Shown here: positions 50,401 to 64,000 of the stretch, one piece after another
How positions within the stretch are numbered: the first letter of the stretch is position 1
Layout of the letters: each line of letters starts with the position of its first letter
Assembly: GCA_050575255.1 (NCBI GenBank)
Contig: JBNZDD010013634.1
Span: forward strand, 308,224-372,223
DNA length: 64,000 nt
DNA from: Harriotta raleighana
Lineage: Eukaryota
Direction of reading: 5' to 3'
Notes under the pieces: generated by a model
Database searches by the model: none
What the model was told of the DNA's origin: nothing
What the model saw: only the letters and a program-made list of their open reading frames with translations
Translations under genes and position numbers: made by a program

Positions 50401-53400
50401 TGGGAAAGCTGCCCTACTAGAGCCTCACCCCCTCGTCACATCTCATGCTCTCCTCTTATCTCCATCCCTCCTCTCCCCTCTCGTCCTTAACCCCTCATTC
50501 TCTAGTCTCACCTCTCCCTTAGCCACTTTTGCCCCTCATCTCTCTTCTCCCACCTCTCGCTCTTCCCAGTGAGGGTCCACAGTTTGATGGTTCCACAGGG
50601 CCTGTGGCAGAAATAGGCAATAATTTAAATCCAAGTAAAGCTAGACAGGAAAATGCCTTTAAACATATATCGTGCTCCACAAATAAAGTAGGGGTCTGTT
50701 AGTCAGTGCTCATCTCTAATTCCACTAAGTAACAGTGCAGTGTGTAATGTGATATTGAATAATTCTGGAGCTGTTGTGTGATAGAAAATACATAGGACTT
50801 GACGGCTGCAGAGAAAACCCGGTTACTTTAATAGGTAATAGGGTGATTGACATCCCTTGGATTTTAATACAGGAAACTTGGGAATTCAGTACAGAACAAT
50901 TGTAGGTTGTATATTAATCACCAGAGGATAAGAATATAGCTTGATGCTCTCTCTTCCTGTCCCTGCTTCCCCTCCTCCACATTATAATTTTTATTTTTCA
51001 TCTCTGCCTCAAAGCAACTTTTTCTTTAAGCTGTGAACTACACTATTGGCAGAAATGCCTACAATGAAGCTCCTTCTCGCTAAAGCAAATAAATACTCAG
51101 TGGGTGTAAAATGACTCTGTTTTGTTAGTCAGCTCTACAGTACAGCCCTGTGTTAGCTCTCTAATACAGCGTTGTTTAATACTGCCCTCTGTTAGTTGCC
51201 TTAATATAACAACAACTTTCATATATAGAGCGCTGCTCATGCAGGGCAGCCACCCAGACTGCTTGACAGTGCTGGAGCATATAATGATGAGCGAGGGGGA
51301 GGTGACCGTAGCCATGGTCAAAGAGGAAGTCTTCAGGCGAGACCTGAAATTGGAGAGGCAGGGGGCGAAGAGGAGGGATAGAGGACAAGTGGAGATTCAG
51401 GGCATGGTGGCTGAAACATGGCTACCCTTAAGAGAGCATAAAGGCCAAGCAGGAGGCTGGAGGCAGTTGAGTGGAGGCTGCGAGTAGTTGGTTGGGGAGT
51501 AAAGCAGGGAGTAATTGAGCACAGTTTAATCATCTATGCAATACAGTCCTCTGTTAGTAAACTAATACAGTCCTGTTTTAATCATCTCTGTAATACAGCA
51601 TTGTTTACAGTCTGTAATATATTATAACGGTCAGCTCTCTGACACAGTGCCGGATTCAGACCTCAGTCTCGCCAAACTCCAGGAATAAAGGAAGGTTTGT
51701 GTCAGACACTGCAGACTTCCCTGCCTGAGTTCATAAAGAATATTTCTTGCCATAAATCATTATAATAAACTGGTCTACAATTATATCTCTCCGCAAACCA
51801 ATCTTTTTTTCATTTCATTGGGTTGAATGTTGAAAGATTCTGCGCAGTGTTTTTTTAAAAAACATATGAGCAGCTTTGCTGGTGTTTACGAGATTTTAAC
51901 AAGAGGTAACATATGTAAGAGAACTGAGCAATACCGAGCACCATTTAATGCGATGCTGACCCCATCAGAGTTTCTAGATTTCTCGATGAAATTTGGGACC
52001 TCATGCTAATTACCACCGGAAATTCAGTGTTAAAAGCTGCAAGTTGCATCTCTTTCTTTTCCAATGGATCATGTGCAGAATTTGATCATTGCAGCAAAAC
52101 CCCCTGAGAGTGGGTCAATGTCTCCCCTTGCCCAACCCACATAAGATGAGCAATGTGATGAAGACCGCTGAGAATGGGGTGGGGAAGGGGAAATGTCAGT
52201 TATTTCCCTCGAGGGAAGGGAAACAGTTGGTGTGAAGACCTAACTTGCCTCGCCCCACTCCTCAACTTCCTACTTGTGCAGCTTGCCCATTGTCATAGTG
52301 AAAGGAGTTTAATTATCATCTGAAATGTTTGAATCAGGCAGCTCTGTGCACCTTAAAATTTGTTGGACCTAGGCTTTTTTTTAGGTGAATGGAATCCAGC
52401 TGAATCCAGCACATCACATGCTTAAGTGGCTTGTGACAGGTGTGAATGCCCCTCAGCTAGTCCAGGTACCTGACCTCAGCTCGTTGACAAATTCTATTTC
52501 CCTGGAGTGAAAAGTGTGTCTTCACAGGCTGTACCTCCCATCCACCACCGTTGCAATCGGGAGCTGGCTGGTATCAACCTTTTCATCTCGTTTTGAATTT
52601 TGTTGTAAAAAAAATACATCCATCAACTTTTTTTTTCCCAAAATATTAAGTCTGAGCTGATATCTTGTGAAAGAAAGAATTTGGCCTTGAATTTGTGATA
52701 TTGCAGGCAAGAGCTCAGCTGTGGGGAACGCAAGCAAATTTCAGTCGCATTCAGAGAGAGTAATTATTAGGTACAGCTCCACCAAGGCACAGTCAGTGAG
52801 CCTGCAGAAACAGCAATGGACATGTAAGTGAAATGGTTGGAATAATTTTTAACTGAAGTGACAAGCAACACTTTTTATTTTTGATCATACTTATTTGTAG
52901 ACGTTTTGCTGTATAAGTTTTTATAATGTTTCTGGTGTAAGCTAAGTTTGTAAAAATGAATGATACTTTACTGCTGCTGTGTCATGTGTATTGCTGGCAA
53001 ATCTTTAACTCAGTTTGTACCGGATATTTGTTTTCCCTTTTCGATGTGCACTTGCAAAATGCTACATCATGTTCTATTAGAGGGGCAGCAATCTTGTGTA
53101 AATGTCTTTTGAGGGTGTGGTGCCTTTCGGGGCGGAAATATGCTTGAAATAATAATTGTTGCATTTGATAAAGCGCCTTATCACGTCTTCGAGTCATCTC
53201 AAAGTGCTTCGCAGAATATACTGTGAAGTGAATTGACTATATTTTGTGGGTGAAAAATATATTTGCAGGGTCTGAGAGGGTTATTTGGTGCTGAAAGCAG
53301 AGGATGGCATTTGGGGTTTGAAGGAGAGTTTAGGATGAGGGGACTATGTAGATTCAGGAGGGGATTGATTTTACATGGTGGGGGAAAAATTAAGGATTAA

Positions 53401-56400
53401 CCAGGCTCAATGGCCTGTGATGGGTTGGGGAGTGGGCATAGCTATGGTAGATGGAGCTGGGCATTTGGAGGAAGGATAGTTGTTAGATATTTATGCTCAA
53501 TTGTCTGTGAGGGGATGAATTCAGTGTAAGTAGCCAGTGGCAAGCTCACTGAGCCAACATGCCTTTCCTTGTTTCTATTCTTTCCTTACTGGAAATGTTC
53601 TGTTTTTATATTATCTGCTTGAATAATGAAGGGGAAACAAGCCAATCCCTCCTTAAGGCCAGTGCTATCTTTTCTTGAGTTGAAAGTGATATAAATCCAT
53701 CTTTTAAGTATTTACATACTGTGCTCATAAAAAGTGAGTGATTTATATGATGCTGGTGCCTTTGGTATATCAAAAGTTTTACTTTTTTTTAGTCATGATT
53801 TGTGTCCCACCATTGCTCCAGGGTATAATAAATTGTGGTATATTATCTACACTTTTCTCTGTCGCTTAAAATGATCGATGGGGTGCGTTGCACAGTCCCG
53901 CCAAACAGTGTTAAATGGCGAATTGACAGCAAGCTGATTCCAGAGCATGTAGACATTAAGACTGAGAACTTGAAATCTTCTTATTAAAGCGTGCCCTGGA
54001 TCAGCAGACGTATTATTTAATCATCAATACTAAGAATATTTGATGATAATTCTTGTGGTTTGATAGCACTTATTGAGTCGTCAGTATCTCAAGGCTCTTC
54101 ACTGGAATTCCTCTGAAATGTAGTAGTGACTGTATTATGTAGGGATAACGCAGCAGACAAATTGCACACCGCAATATTCCCAAAACAGTCATGAAGTGAG
54201 TGACCAATTTTATTTGGAGGAGGATTGTTGGCCAGGGCACTGTGAGAAACTCCCTTTTCTTTTCAAGTTGTTGCCATGAGAGCTTTGAAGTCCATCAGAA
54301 CAGGCAGACAGGACGTTGGTTTAGCGTGTCATCTTATTTGTTCAGTGTCGACTTGCGCCACATTCTGGTTGCAAACACTTTCTCCAGGGAAGAAGCTTCC
54401 AACTTTCCAGCTTGAAATGTGATCCTACAAGTCTGAAAGAATGCAGTGTCCTCGCTTATTGAGTTGTTTAATCTGCGTTGGGTTATTATAGTCATTGGAA
54501 ATGAAAAATGTCATCCAAATTCTGTGGAGTAATTAAATATGATAGTGTCAAAGTTAACAAACGCTTTGAGCTCAGTTGCTGTGTAATTAATTCTTGACAT
54601 ATTTCAGGAAACCTCTACATTTCACTTTTCCTACAACATACCAGCTATTATTCCCTAATTCTGGTGTCCATATTTATCCCTCACCCCCAATCACCACCCA
54701 TACCACCACCTCCACTGCAATTTTGTTTAAGTGACCTGATAGAAAATCACACTCCCCTCAGAGCTCAACCGGAGCCTTGCTCTGACAGGAATCTAGGTTC
54801 AGGTCTGTTAGGGAGAGATGATTCACAATGTGAGTGGAACATGTTATCCCCATGTGTATCCCCTGTGCAATGACCACAACTGAAATGTGTGCAAGAATGA
54901 TGATAATTGTATTTACTAGTACTTCATTGTATTCAATACTCGTTGGAACATAATATGGGTGAAAAAGCTGTGCCATTCCTAGCAGCTTCACTGCGGGCAA
55001 AACACGCCTCCTGATGTCATGTGGTCTTTTGAGACATTGGTCTCAATATCAGAGTGAGATGCAATCGAATCATGGAAATTTACAGCGTGGAAGACAGCCA
55101 TTTGGCTCAGCCAAACAGCGCTGTGTGTGTCTGTCTGAAAGAGTTATCATTTAGTCCCATTCCCTATACAGAGTGTTCCATGCAATTGTGGTTCTCATCA
55201 GCAGGTCAACTGTTATTGCTTTCATTCTCATCTTTTTTTTTTCCGATCGAATTCTTGTGTCAATTGTCCCTAAGGCCCGCTGCCTTGCCTCTGTACAACT
55301 GCCTCGCTCCCTTCCTCTCTGTTTTCAAACCCTGATTTAAGAATTAACTCTTTGACTACTTTTTAACCATGTTTCTCACCCTACCCACAAACTCGGGCTC
55401 CCAGTCAGCTCTGTACTATTGTAATTTACTAGGCAATTGATTATTGTTGTCCAGTATGCATAAACACATGTCTGATCCTAACCTGGAATTCCAATGTACC
55501 AATATCCTTTTACTTCCATGTCTGAGATTTCCTCATTTGAAGCAAACTCCAGCCAATATTTTCCTTAATATTGCCCATGTNACTTCCATGTCTGAGATTT
55601 CCTCATTTGAAGCAAACTCCAGCCAATATTTTCCTATCTGTAGTTTCATATTCATCCATCTTTAAATGAAGCACTTTAGGTATAAAGGCTAGACGAATGG
55701 CCTCAGGCTGAACACACCAACCAGCTAAATGCTTCAAGTCTCAGGCTATGCAGACAGTTTGTCTGATTTCATAAATCATCATCTTAACCATTAAGAGTTA
55801 TGGGTCCGTGCCTCTGTCTGAAGATACACCTTGGGAGGTATTCTCACTGTAAAATTCCTAAATAATTATAATGAGATGGTAGCATCTGACAGGACCAAAA
55901 GTAAGTCATTTCAATTTGAAGTTGATTATTCCTCATGAGAAATTTTGATGAAGAAGACTTTTTGGCCTATTTGATCTCTTAACAGAATACTCACCGTAAC
56001 CTGCTCCCATTAAACCATCGAGCTATTTCTTCAATTGATTCCAGTATCCTGGCTTCAACCACCCTTCCTGAAAACGTGTTCTAGTCATTTGTGACTGTCT
56101 GGTAAAGAAATAGTTCCTGTTGTATGTCTGTCAGTCTATCTGAAGTTTCCCTTTGCAGTTCTGAACCTGTGCTTGACAACAGTTATAGTGGTTCAGTTCT
56201 TGTGTAAATTGAGCATCCAACAACAGCAAAATGACATGGGTACAGCGCCTTTTACATCGGGAGGATGAACCAATGATAGAGCCTGTTTTTCACCTGAGAA
56301 AAGGGTCAAGCACTCATTTGCACAGAGTGTTCCCATACCACGTGCCAACCTCGACTATCTTTCTCTGCCCAGCCCCCAACACATCCGTCAGAGTGGGCTA

Positions 56401-57084
56401 GCCTCTGCCTTATCAAATGTTAGGAAAAGATCAGATCCATTTACTTCCCAATCCTGATAATCTCTCAAGAATAAAATAATAGTTTGGTAGTTCAATCCAC
56501 GACTGCTTGTGGAATACTGCTGAGTGCAATTGGCTGCTGCGTTTCGCCCACAAATATACCGTCAATTCACTTTACAGTATATAATGTGAAGCACTTTGAG
56601 ACATTTAGATGATGTGAAAAACGCAATATCAAATGCTATGATGATTATTATTATTATCCTGCTTTGGTTTAAATCTGTTTCTTATTGCTTTTTTGTTCTG
56701 AGGTAGAGAATAAACTACATTATACATCAGTCACTGGAATCCAAGATATTTCTTTCAGATGAAGTTCCAGATGATTTCTTTATGCAATAATATTTAGAAT
56801 AAAACCTAATGTACAGAGATCACACTGGCTCCAATCAGCAACAATTGTGCTAACGTTTGTGGGGTTTTTTCATGTGGGGTGGAGGGAACATAGATATTCT
56901 CAAAATAGCTTATTTTAACTTTGGCTTTTCTCAAGCTTTTACTGTGTTCATAATAATAGTAAAACCACTAAACCTATAATCTCTGACAGAGAGACTTGCA
57001 TTAGATTGTGTATAACCGATAAGTTACAAGATTCAGCTATCTACCATTACATTTCTGCCCATTGAGAAACAACCCTATATGACA

Positions 57085-57490
57085 TGTCAGTGCGACTCAG
57101 TTATTAACACTCTCACCACTGAGTCAGAACGTTGTGGATTCAAGCCGCACTTTGAACTCAGTTGAGACTGACACTCCAATGCAGTGCTGAGAGAAATGTC
57201 TTGCTGAGAATGAGACATTAAACCAAAGTCCTGCCTGCTCAGGTAGACTTTAAAGTTCCCATGGCACCATTTGAGAAGAGAGTTTCTCACCACATCCTGG
57301 CCGACAATCCCCCAGCCTAAAAATAAGAGTTAATTCACTTCATGGTTGTTGGTGGAATATTACTGTGTGCAAATTGGCTGTCACATTTGCCTGCAAGTAG
57401 TTACACTTCACAGTAAAATCTAGTGAAGTGCTTTGAGACGTCTGGACAATGTGATAGGATTTAATAACAAATGCAAGAGTTATTATTTAT
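57085..57490 (+). mobile_element. Older Deu-domain SINE (SacSINE1/AmnSINE-like), near full length
   Basis: Decayed tRNA head, Deu-like core ATGAGACATTAAACC...CAGGT...AAAGTTCCCATGGCAC, and a tail shared with the young family. Confidence 0.75.
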
Positions 57491-60400
57491 TATGGACCCC
57501 AATCTTTCCGGTAGTTCTCTCTCTGAGAAAAGTTCACTTAACAAAAACACAGTTGTTCTATTCAAGTTTATTAAACATCACAATACTGCTGTATTTTTTT
57601 AAGAGCCTGGGAAAGCTGTGGTTTCTATGTTCTGATTTACCTTCTTATGTTCAAGCCCTTTGATTTCTCGAAATCTGTATCTTTACTTGATGGTAAACTA
57701 TTGCACAATTCACTCTGGTTAGCTGCCTTTACAAACAGCGTTGTTACAAGAGATGCATATTCATCAGATGGATAAATACTTGGTCTCCAGTGAAGTCTAG
57801 AACATGTGCTTTAGAAATTCAGACACTGCTCTTACAATCTCCGAGCTGTTGGATGAAACACTCGCTGCCTGTTCTCAATGCATCTTTTTGCAGCATTGAA
57901 CTTCATTCATGAAAGAAATTAAAGGGAGCAGATTCCCATTGCTAAATGTAATATTCATCTGATTCATATATAATGAATTGGCACCATACTTAGAGCTAAG
58001 GTGCTTCCATAGCTTGAATGACAGTGTGTAATTGTGCAATACAGATACCATCTTCATAACTAAGTTTCTCTATCCAGGTTCTTTAGTGGCTGGAGGGCCG
58101 GAGTCAACAAGGCTAAGATGAGGCACAAAAGACCGCAGCAATGGAAAGGTGAAGATGGACAGTGCTGTTGGTGAGAAGGTGATTACGTTTATACTCTGAA
58201 GTGTTTGTTGGGCAAAGGGGAATGTGAGAAGATAAAAGGATTGTCTTGCTCTGGTTGGGAGCGAGTTTAGCAAGTTTTGAAAATCTCCTAAAATCAGGCG
58301 GACACCAACCTGCGTCAGGGCCCCTACACTTACCATTGCTAGTCGGGCATTCAACATCTCTGCCACCACACTCTGGAACTCTATCCTGCAATCCCTCTGC
58401 CTTACCCACTCCTTTGCCTCCTTCAAGTCCTGTCTAAAGACCTTCCTTTTTGACTGTATCTGAGGGTCAACTGTATGTTGTGGGAGAATGATGCTATATA
58501 AGTGCCGGTCATTGTTGGTTGTTGTGATGAACTCACATTCAGGAGAGTTCTTTCAATGATTGCTCACTACCTAAGAAATATCACTGAGAAATGTGCACAG
58601 TTGGTTGGAGCTGATGTTTCTTGAATGGAATTCTCTTCCATATTGCTTGAGTTCCATGCTGGCAGCAATCTTTATTTTATCTCCAACAGTTGAACCTGAC
58701 TTTGTTGAGAGTTTCTGATCAGAAGTTCTCTAAATCTCAAATGTGTGGACAAATGTTCCCTTCTATTTTGTTTCCCTTTTCTCAAAGGATTGGAGCACAT
58801 TTAGGGATTATCATTTCAGAAAATATTTTGGATGAAATTTAACTCCCTTTAGCTCAGTTTACTATTCAGATCTTTAAAACAATTTTGTTTATACTTCCTT
58901 AAATGGCCAATAAGCCAATCACATAATATTCCTTACATTTAACAAATGTAATTTATTTCATTGTTGCTGTAATGCCTTATCTTGTCATCAAAATGTCTCC
59001 AAGCTGCTTTACAGGAATTACTGTGTATCTTTCGGCACTGCTTCTTCGTTTGAGTTGAAGTTTATCTCGTGAAGCACACATCTTCCTTTAAGTATTTCCT
59101 AATTTTGATCATGGTTGCATCTCTTTAAATACTCTATTTACATTAGTGGGCTGAATTGTTAGTTCACATTGATCATTGGATCTTTCCCGAAGAGATGCTC
59201 TTTCCTTACAGTAGCTTAGGACTTTATTTCTACATTAATTTTCCAGTGTTACCCAACATTTCGATGGAATTCACACCCAGTTGGTCTTCATGTATGAATG
59301 CCTGAGGAAAGTATTTTTGTTGATCAGCGTTCAAGGAAATTTTCCTTTGCTACCTTTCTCTGGTGGCAGATTTGATCTTTAACCATTGATTATTTGTATG
59401 CATTTTTTCTAAAATGGCCACTATCAATGCAAGTTTTCCCCATTTTTGTCTGTAAATAATAAAAGTAGAAGTAATTAACTACATTTCATTTAAGACATTT
59501 GAATAGACTAGACCGTTGCATCCTCTTTTTGTCTAGGTTTAAACTAAATGCTCAAAGTGATGTTTTTTAACTCACCTTGGCAAACTCATCGTTTCTGGTA
59601 GACTCTCATCACGCAAGGCACCTCTGCAAATTGACTTAATGAGAAACCAGCTTCACATATTCCTCATACCAATCCAATCCGAATCTACAGGGACACAGTT
59701 TAATGGATTGAACAATCTCATCCAAATGTTTCAGGTTAGCTGGACAGTTACACCGAGTTTCCTACCCAATAAATTTTGCTTTTGTTCATATTTTATGGCC
59801 TCAGATTAATGTGCATTAAACAATTGACTGGACTCGAAACAAACTCTACATTCTGGTTAGATTGACCTGTCTCACCCTGGTCAAGTACCTGATGGTGGTA
59901 GACTATTCCTTATTTTGTGTTTTGCCTCTAATTTACAATCCATCATTTAGCTCCCAATGGCAGCTTATGGCGATGGGCTGTTGTGAGCAGCCAGACTTTC
60001 TGAAGTCCTCTTTGTATATTTCTGAGTCTTGGCTGCGAAACTCTGAATGATTGAAACAGTATTATTTAGATCTAATTGTTCCTACAACAACTTGGATTTA
60101 TATAGTGCCCTCCACACCATACGGCATCTCAGAGCGCTTCACAAAAATGGATCCAGGGGCCGAGCCAAGGGAGAGGGAAGAAGGTGACTAAACCGTGGTC
60201 GAAAAGAAAAGTCTTTAGGTGCGACCTGAAAATAGGAAAGGAGGTGGCGAGGCAAAGGGTGTGAGGGAGGGAGTTCCAGAGCCTCTGGGTGTAGTGGCCA
60301 AAGGCATAGCCACTGATGGTGGAATGAAGGATTCGGGGGACAAGGAGGAGGCGAGACCTGGTAAAGTGAAGGCAACAGTTGTGAGCATAGAGGAGGTAGG

Positions 60401-61139
60401 GGGTGTGCAGAGCAGTGGAGGGATTTGAAACCCTATTGGTCAGGATTGGTACAATCCCCCTTTTTTTTGAATTCCTTCCTTACTTCACACTTTACTTGGA
60501 TCCTCTTATATGGGAGCTTTATGCAAACAGTACTGAGTAGTTTTATGTCTAAATACACTCTGATCAAGCCCATATGTGCAATGCAACAGTGCAGACATAA
60601 ACAGACATCAAATTGGAGGTCTGTTGGACAGAACATCAGGGAGAAACTCCCTTCCCCTTTCCAATAGCATCATGGAATCTTTACGGTCCAGCAGGCAGAC
60701 AGGGCTCCGAACTCAAATTGGTCATTCACTTTGTGGCTGTTTGTGGGATGTTGTTGTGATCTTATAAATATACAGTGAGAAAACTTTGAAGCACTTTGAG
60801 ACATTTTAATGTCACGAGAAACTACGAAGTTCAAAAATTTATATATGTTGCCTTGTTCACCCCCGTTTGTTGGTGTCAGACAGGAGCTAATAATGTCCAC
60901 TCTGTGTTTCGTTGAACCTTTTATAGCTTGGCATCAAGCTCCAACACTGTTGAGCACTCTGACATGCCATCTGGTTTTAAAGTCTCTATATAAATGCATG
61001 TTGTTTTTCATTTGAGTTGATGATTTAGTTGGAGTAGTGGGTACCTTTTTAAGTCATACTTTCTGAACTTTCAGATCTGGACTTTGCCTTCAAGTCTCTA
61101 CCCTGCCTCTCTGATCTCCGGTGACTCAACTAAAGCAAA

Positions 61140-61245
61140 TCCTTCTGACGATGGGTTGTGGACCCAAAATGTTGACTCACTTTTCCTGTCTCCATAGATG
61201 CTGCCTGACCTGCTGAAAGTTCCCGGCAATTTTTGTTTCTGTTTT
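61140..61245 (+). mobile_element. Penelope-like element terminal fragment
   Basis: CTGACGATGGGTTGTGGACCCAAAATGTTGACT...CTCCATAGATGCTGCCTGACCTGCTGA...ATTTTTGTTTCTG resembles the recalled chondrichthyan Penelope-type end. Confidence 0.6.
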
Positions 61246-62449
61246 AAAGCAAATACTTTTTTTTTTCTTGCTCTGCCAATTCTGGGCTGCTTCATGCCCA
61301 CTGAAGCCTCTGGCCCACAATTGGTAGGTGAGCAAGGCAGTGCTTTGAGCAGTACTCCAGGCAATAATCAGCACAAGATTACTGAGCCAAATTGCCTCCA
61401 TCCAGAAGTCTCTTCAGAAATCCCTCTGCCTTCTTCTCATGCTCCATGCTTTCAAAACAGTTTAAAAATCCCTTTTCCTTTTCTGTGCCTTCAACCACTT
61501 CTACTCCCCACACTTGTTTCCAGTTCAGGACACCACCTCAGGCTCCCAATCCATCTCTATAAAACACCTTGAGGCCTTCTCCTTACATGAGTAAAAGGTA
61601 TCAAGCTACTAGACTTGTCAAGCTTCAAAAACATGAAATATGTTACTTGTATAAGGTCTCTCTCTCCACCTGTCGACAGCAGTGTTGCAAAGCCATTGTC
61701 AATAAGACAGTTATGGATTGAGGGAAAGTCCACATGGATTTCACCAGAAATTTCCATAGCAAAGTCATGGTAAAGCCTATTGTCCACACATCACTTCTGA
61801 TTTTTTTTTTACAGGGATGTTTTATCTCCTTGTTTAGGCCAGTTGCATCTGAAATTCACCGCGGCCCTCCAACTTAAAGGGCTCTTGTAAATTGAACACT
61901 TAACAACGGGTAAAGTTCTGGACTTTTTAAAAATCTAACAATCTTTAAAGAAATTCTAATGAAATTGTAAGAGTGTTTTTAATAGATCCCAAGCCTTGGC
62001 TCTTGCCAACCCACTCATCATACTTTCTGGAATTAGGCAAACAGGATGCGTGGGTCCAGGGAGAGCGAGAAAGAGAGAGCGCATGTTCCATTCCAACAAT
62101 CTATCTCTGGAATTTCCATGTGTAGGTGGGATGCATGGAAATCTCAGGTTGGTTTGGATACTCTCAAGCAAGGTGATGGGTTTTGGCATGTGTCAAATAC
62201 TCTGACCCATGTCAGTCTGGTTTCTTTTACATTGATTTGTCACGATGTGTCACCTCAATCTTTAAAGGCAGTGTCGCCACACTCAACGAGATCCAATCTG
62301 CCCTGTTGATGTCCTTTTAGTTCTCCATATATCATCACTTCCCCCCTCCCCCCCCCCCACTGCCCCTCCCCATCTCCAACACTCTTGCCAAAATGGGTTT
62401 GATATCAACACTCCCAAGATATCCTGGCGCCCGCCCCCAAACAAGGTTA

Positions 62450-62630
62450 ATTGATATGTAACAGATTAAAATAATCAGATCTTAAAAAAAATTTAAGGTG
62501 TAAGGTGTCAAGTTATAAATCAGACAAACGCTAGCAGTAACATTAGGAGAACTGTGGTGATTCCTATCATTTCTTTGTCGGCTTCCTGACATCCTATTGA
62601 AGTGAGGTTAGTTTAAAAGTATTTCTACAT

Positions 62631-62666
<36 letters not shown>

Positions 62667-64000
62667 TATGGTGCTTTCTTAATCGGATCGTTTGTTTAAA
62701 GGATCCGTTGTTGCTTTCTAGTAAGGGCGACCTTTGCGGTTCCTTCTGCTGTTCATTTAACAGGGGGTGAAATCGCTACCCACAGCGAGGGCTGTGCTTG
62801 CAGCTTTGCTCCTTCATGTTGAGTTTTTTTTGTTGAAGCTCTCGGTGTATCGAGTCTGTTTCCTGTCTTCCTGGCGACAGACTGGATGGACATTCTCGTT
62901 GACTCCGGATTTTGCGGAACGTTGCAGTGACCCAGTGTTGGGTTTTATCTGAATGTAAATATCAGCTGTGTAAATCATCATTTATAACCTGCCTGAACCC
63001 CTCACAAGAGGAATCTCTGACATCTTGTATCACCTCAGAGATCTTCCGATAGTGCTTTCGCTGTTGTGTGTTGGCCAAGTTTGTGTGTGTTGGGTGGCTG
63101 GGGAGGGTGGGGGGCTGGGGGGTGGGGTGTGAGAGAGTGGGGAGAGTGAGTGGGGTGAATGGGAGGGGGGGAACTGTTCCTGAAAATGATGAACAAGATC
63201 TCCCTAAATGCCACTGACTATGGTTTCTTTCTGTTTAATAAAAAAAATAGGAAGGATAAAGCGTAGGAGTGGGAAACCACACTGAGCCTGATTTTATAAA
63301 TGCACAAGCAAATAGCGCCAGAAGTCAGTTACACGGTAAGATATGTTTAGACCTTTTGAACGACCTGTGTTGATGCTAACGTTATAACTGGTACAGGATG
63401 GATGAAGTGCTAAAAGGTCTTTCCCTCCCCCCTTCTCTCCCTGCCTGCCTAAACCTCCCCCCCCTCTCTCTCTCCTCCCCCTCCCGCATATAAATGATCT
63501 TGTGTGTAAGCAGAACCTTTTATTTTAATCCAATCTTTTCTTAAGGAGAAAAGAACATTTGTATTTATTCCAAAAAAAAAGTCGAGACTGACGCAGTCCC
63601 AAACACACACACACACAACAAAGTTTACACCTATGTTTATTGCAACTTATAATATTTATACAATGTTTCGCAGTTGTTTGCAAGATGCGTGTTTAATCAG
63701 TGAACGGATGGAAGTACTGTAATCAAAGTAATTATTATTAATATTCCTTGGATTTGATCCGGAATACATTCTCTGTAACTGTTCAAGTTGAATTCGCCGA
63801 GGGTGCGTTTGTGTGTGTGTATGTGTGTGTGTATATATATATATATAGTTATATGTGTGAGTGTCTGTCTGATTCTATTTTTGTTCGGATCAAAAGCAAA
63901 CGGGTTCTGATCAGAAACTAATGGATGTTTTGCAAATGAGACGTTTGCGAGAAAAAGCAAACAAACAGACATTCAGACACACAAAGATTCTTGGGGAAGA
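62450..64000 (+). promoter_or_regulatory. Promoter-like, TE-free block; putative SOX6 upstream promoter / non-coding exon region
   Basis: TE-free with raised CpG; pyrimidine-rich tract followed by CATATAAAT (~63487-63495) and CCAAT; candidate donor ACG|GTAAG at 63335. The SOX6 assignment rests only on recalled synteny. Confidence 0.4.

Overview
Vertebrate genomic DNA, most likely from a cartilaginous fish (elephant-shark-like, inferred from the repeat content: tRNA-headed SINEs with (ATT)n tails, Deu-domain SINEs, and L2, CR1 and Penelope relics). The + strand carries the 3' half of PLEKHA7 (17 recognisable coding exons, 220-23005). These include a cassette exon at 2236-2316 and three alternative C-termini: a read-through form ending GSVR*, a PDZ-ligand form ending HYTFV*, and a form ending KALAEH*. 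Converging on it from the - strand is a complete 5-exon C11orf58/SMAP gene (40285-32586, about 180 aa). Its CpG-island promoter has two oppositely oriented ZNF143-type motifs. The remaining ~23 kb has no recognisable coding exons and ends in a promoter-like block (62.5-64 kb). By recalled human synteny (PLEKHA7-C11orf58-SOX6) this block may belong to SOX6. Five single-N gaps have duplicated flanks and look like assembly artefacts. I found no convincing novel biological system. The most interesting signals are the isoform switches, a perfect 35-bp hairpin, SINE module swapping and a decayed hammerhead-like Penelope end. Homologue comparisons are from memory, not database searches, and repeat boundaries are approximate.
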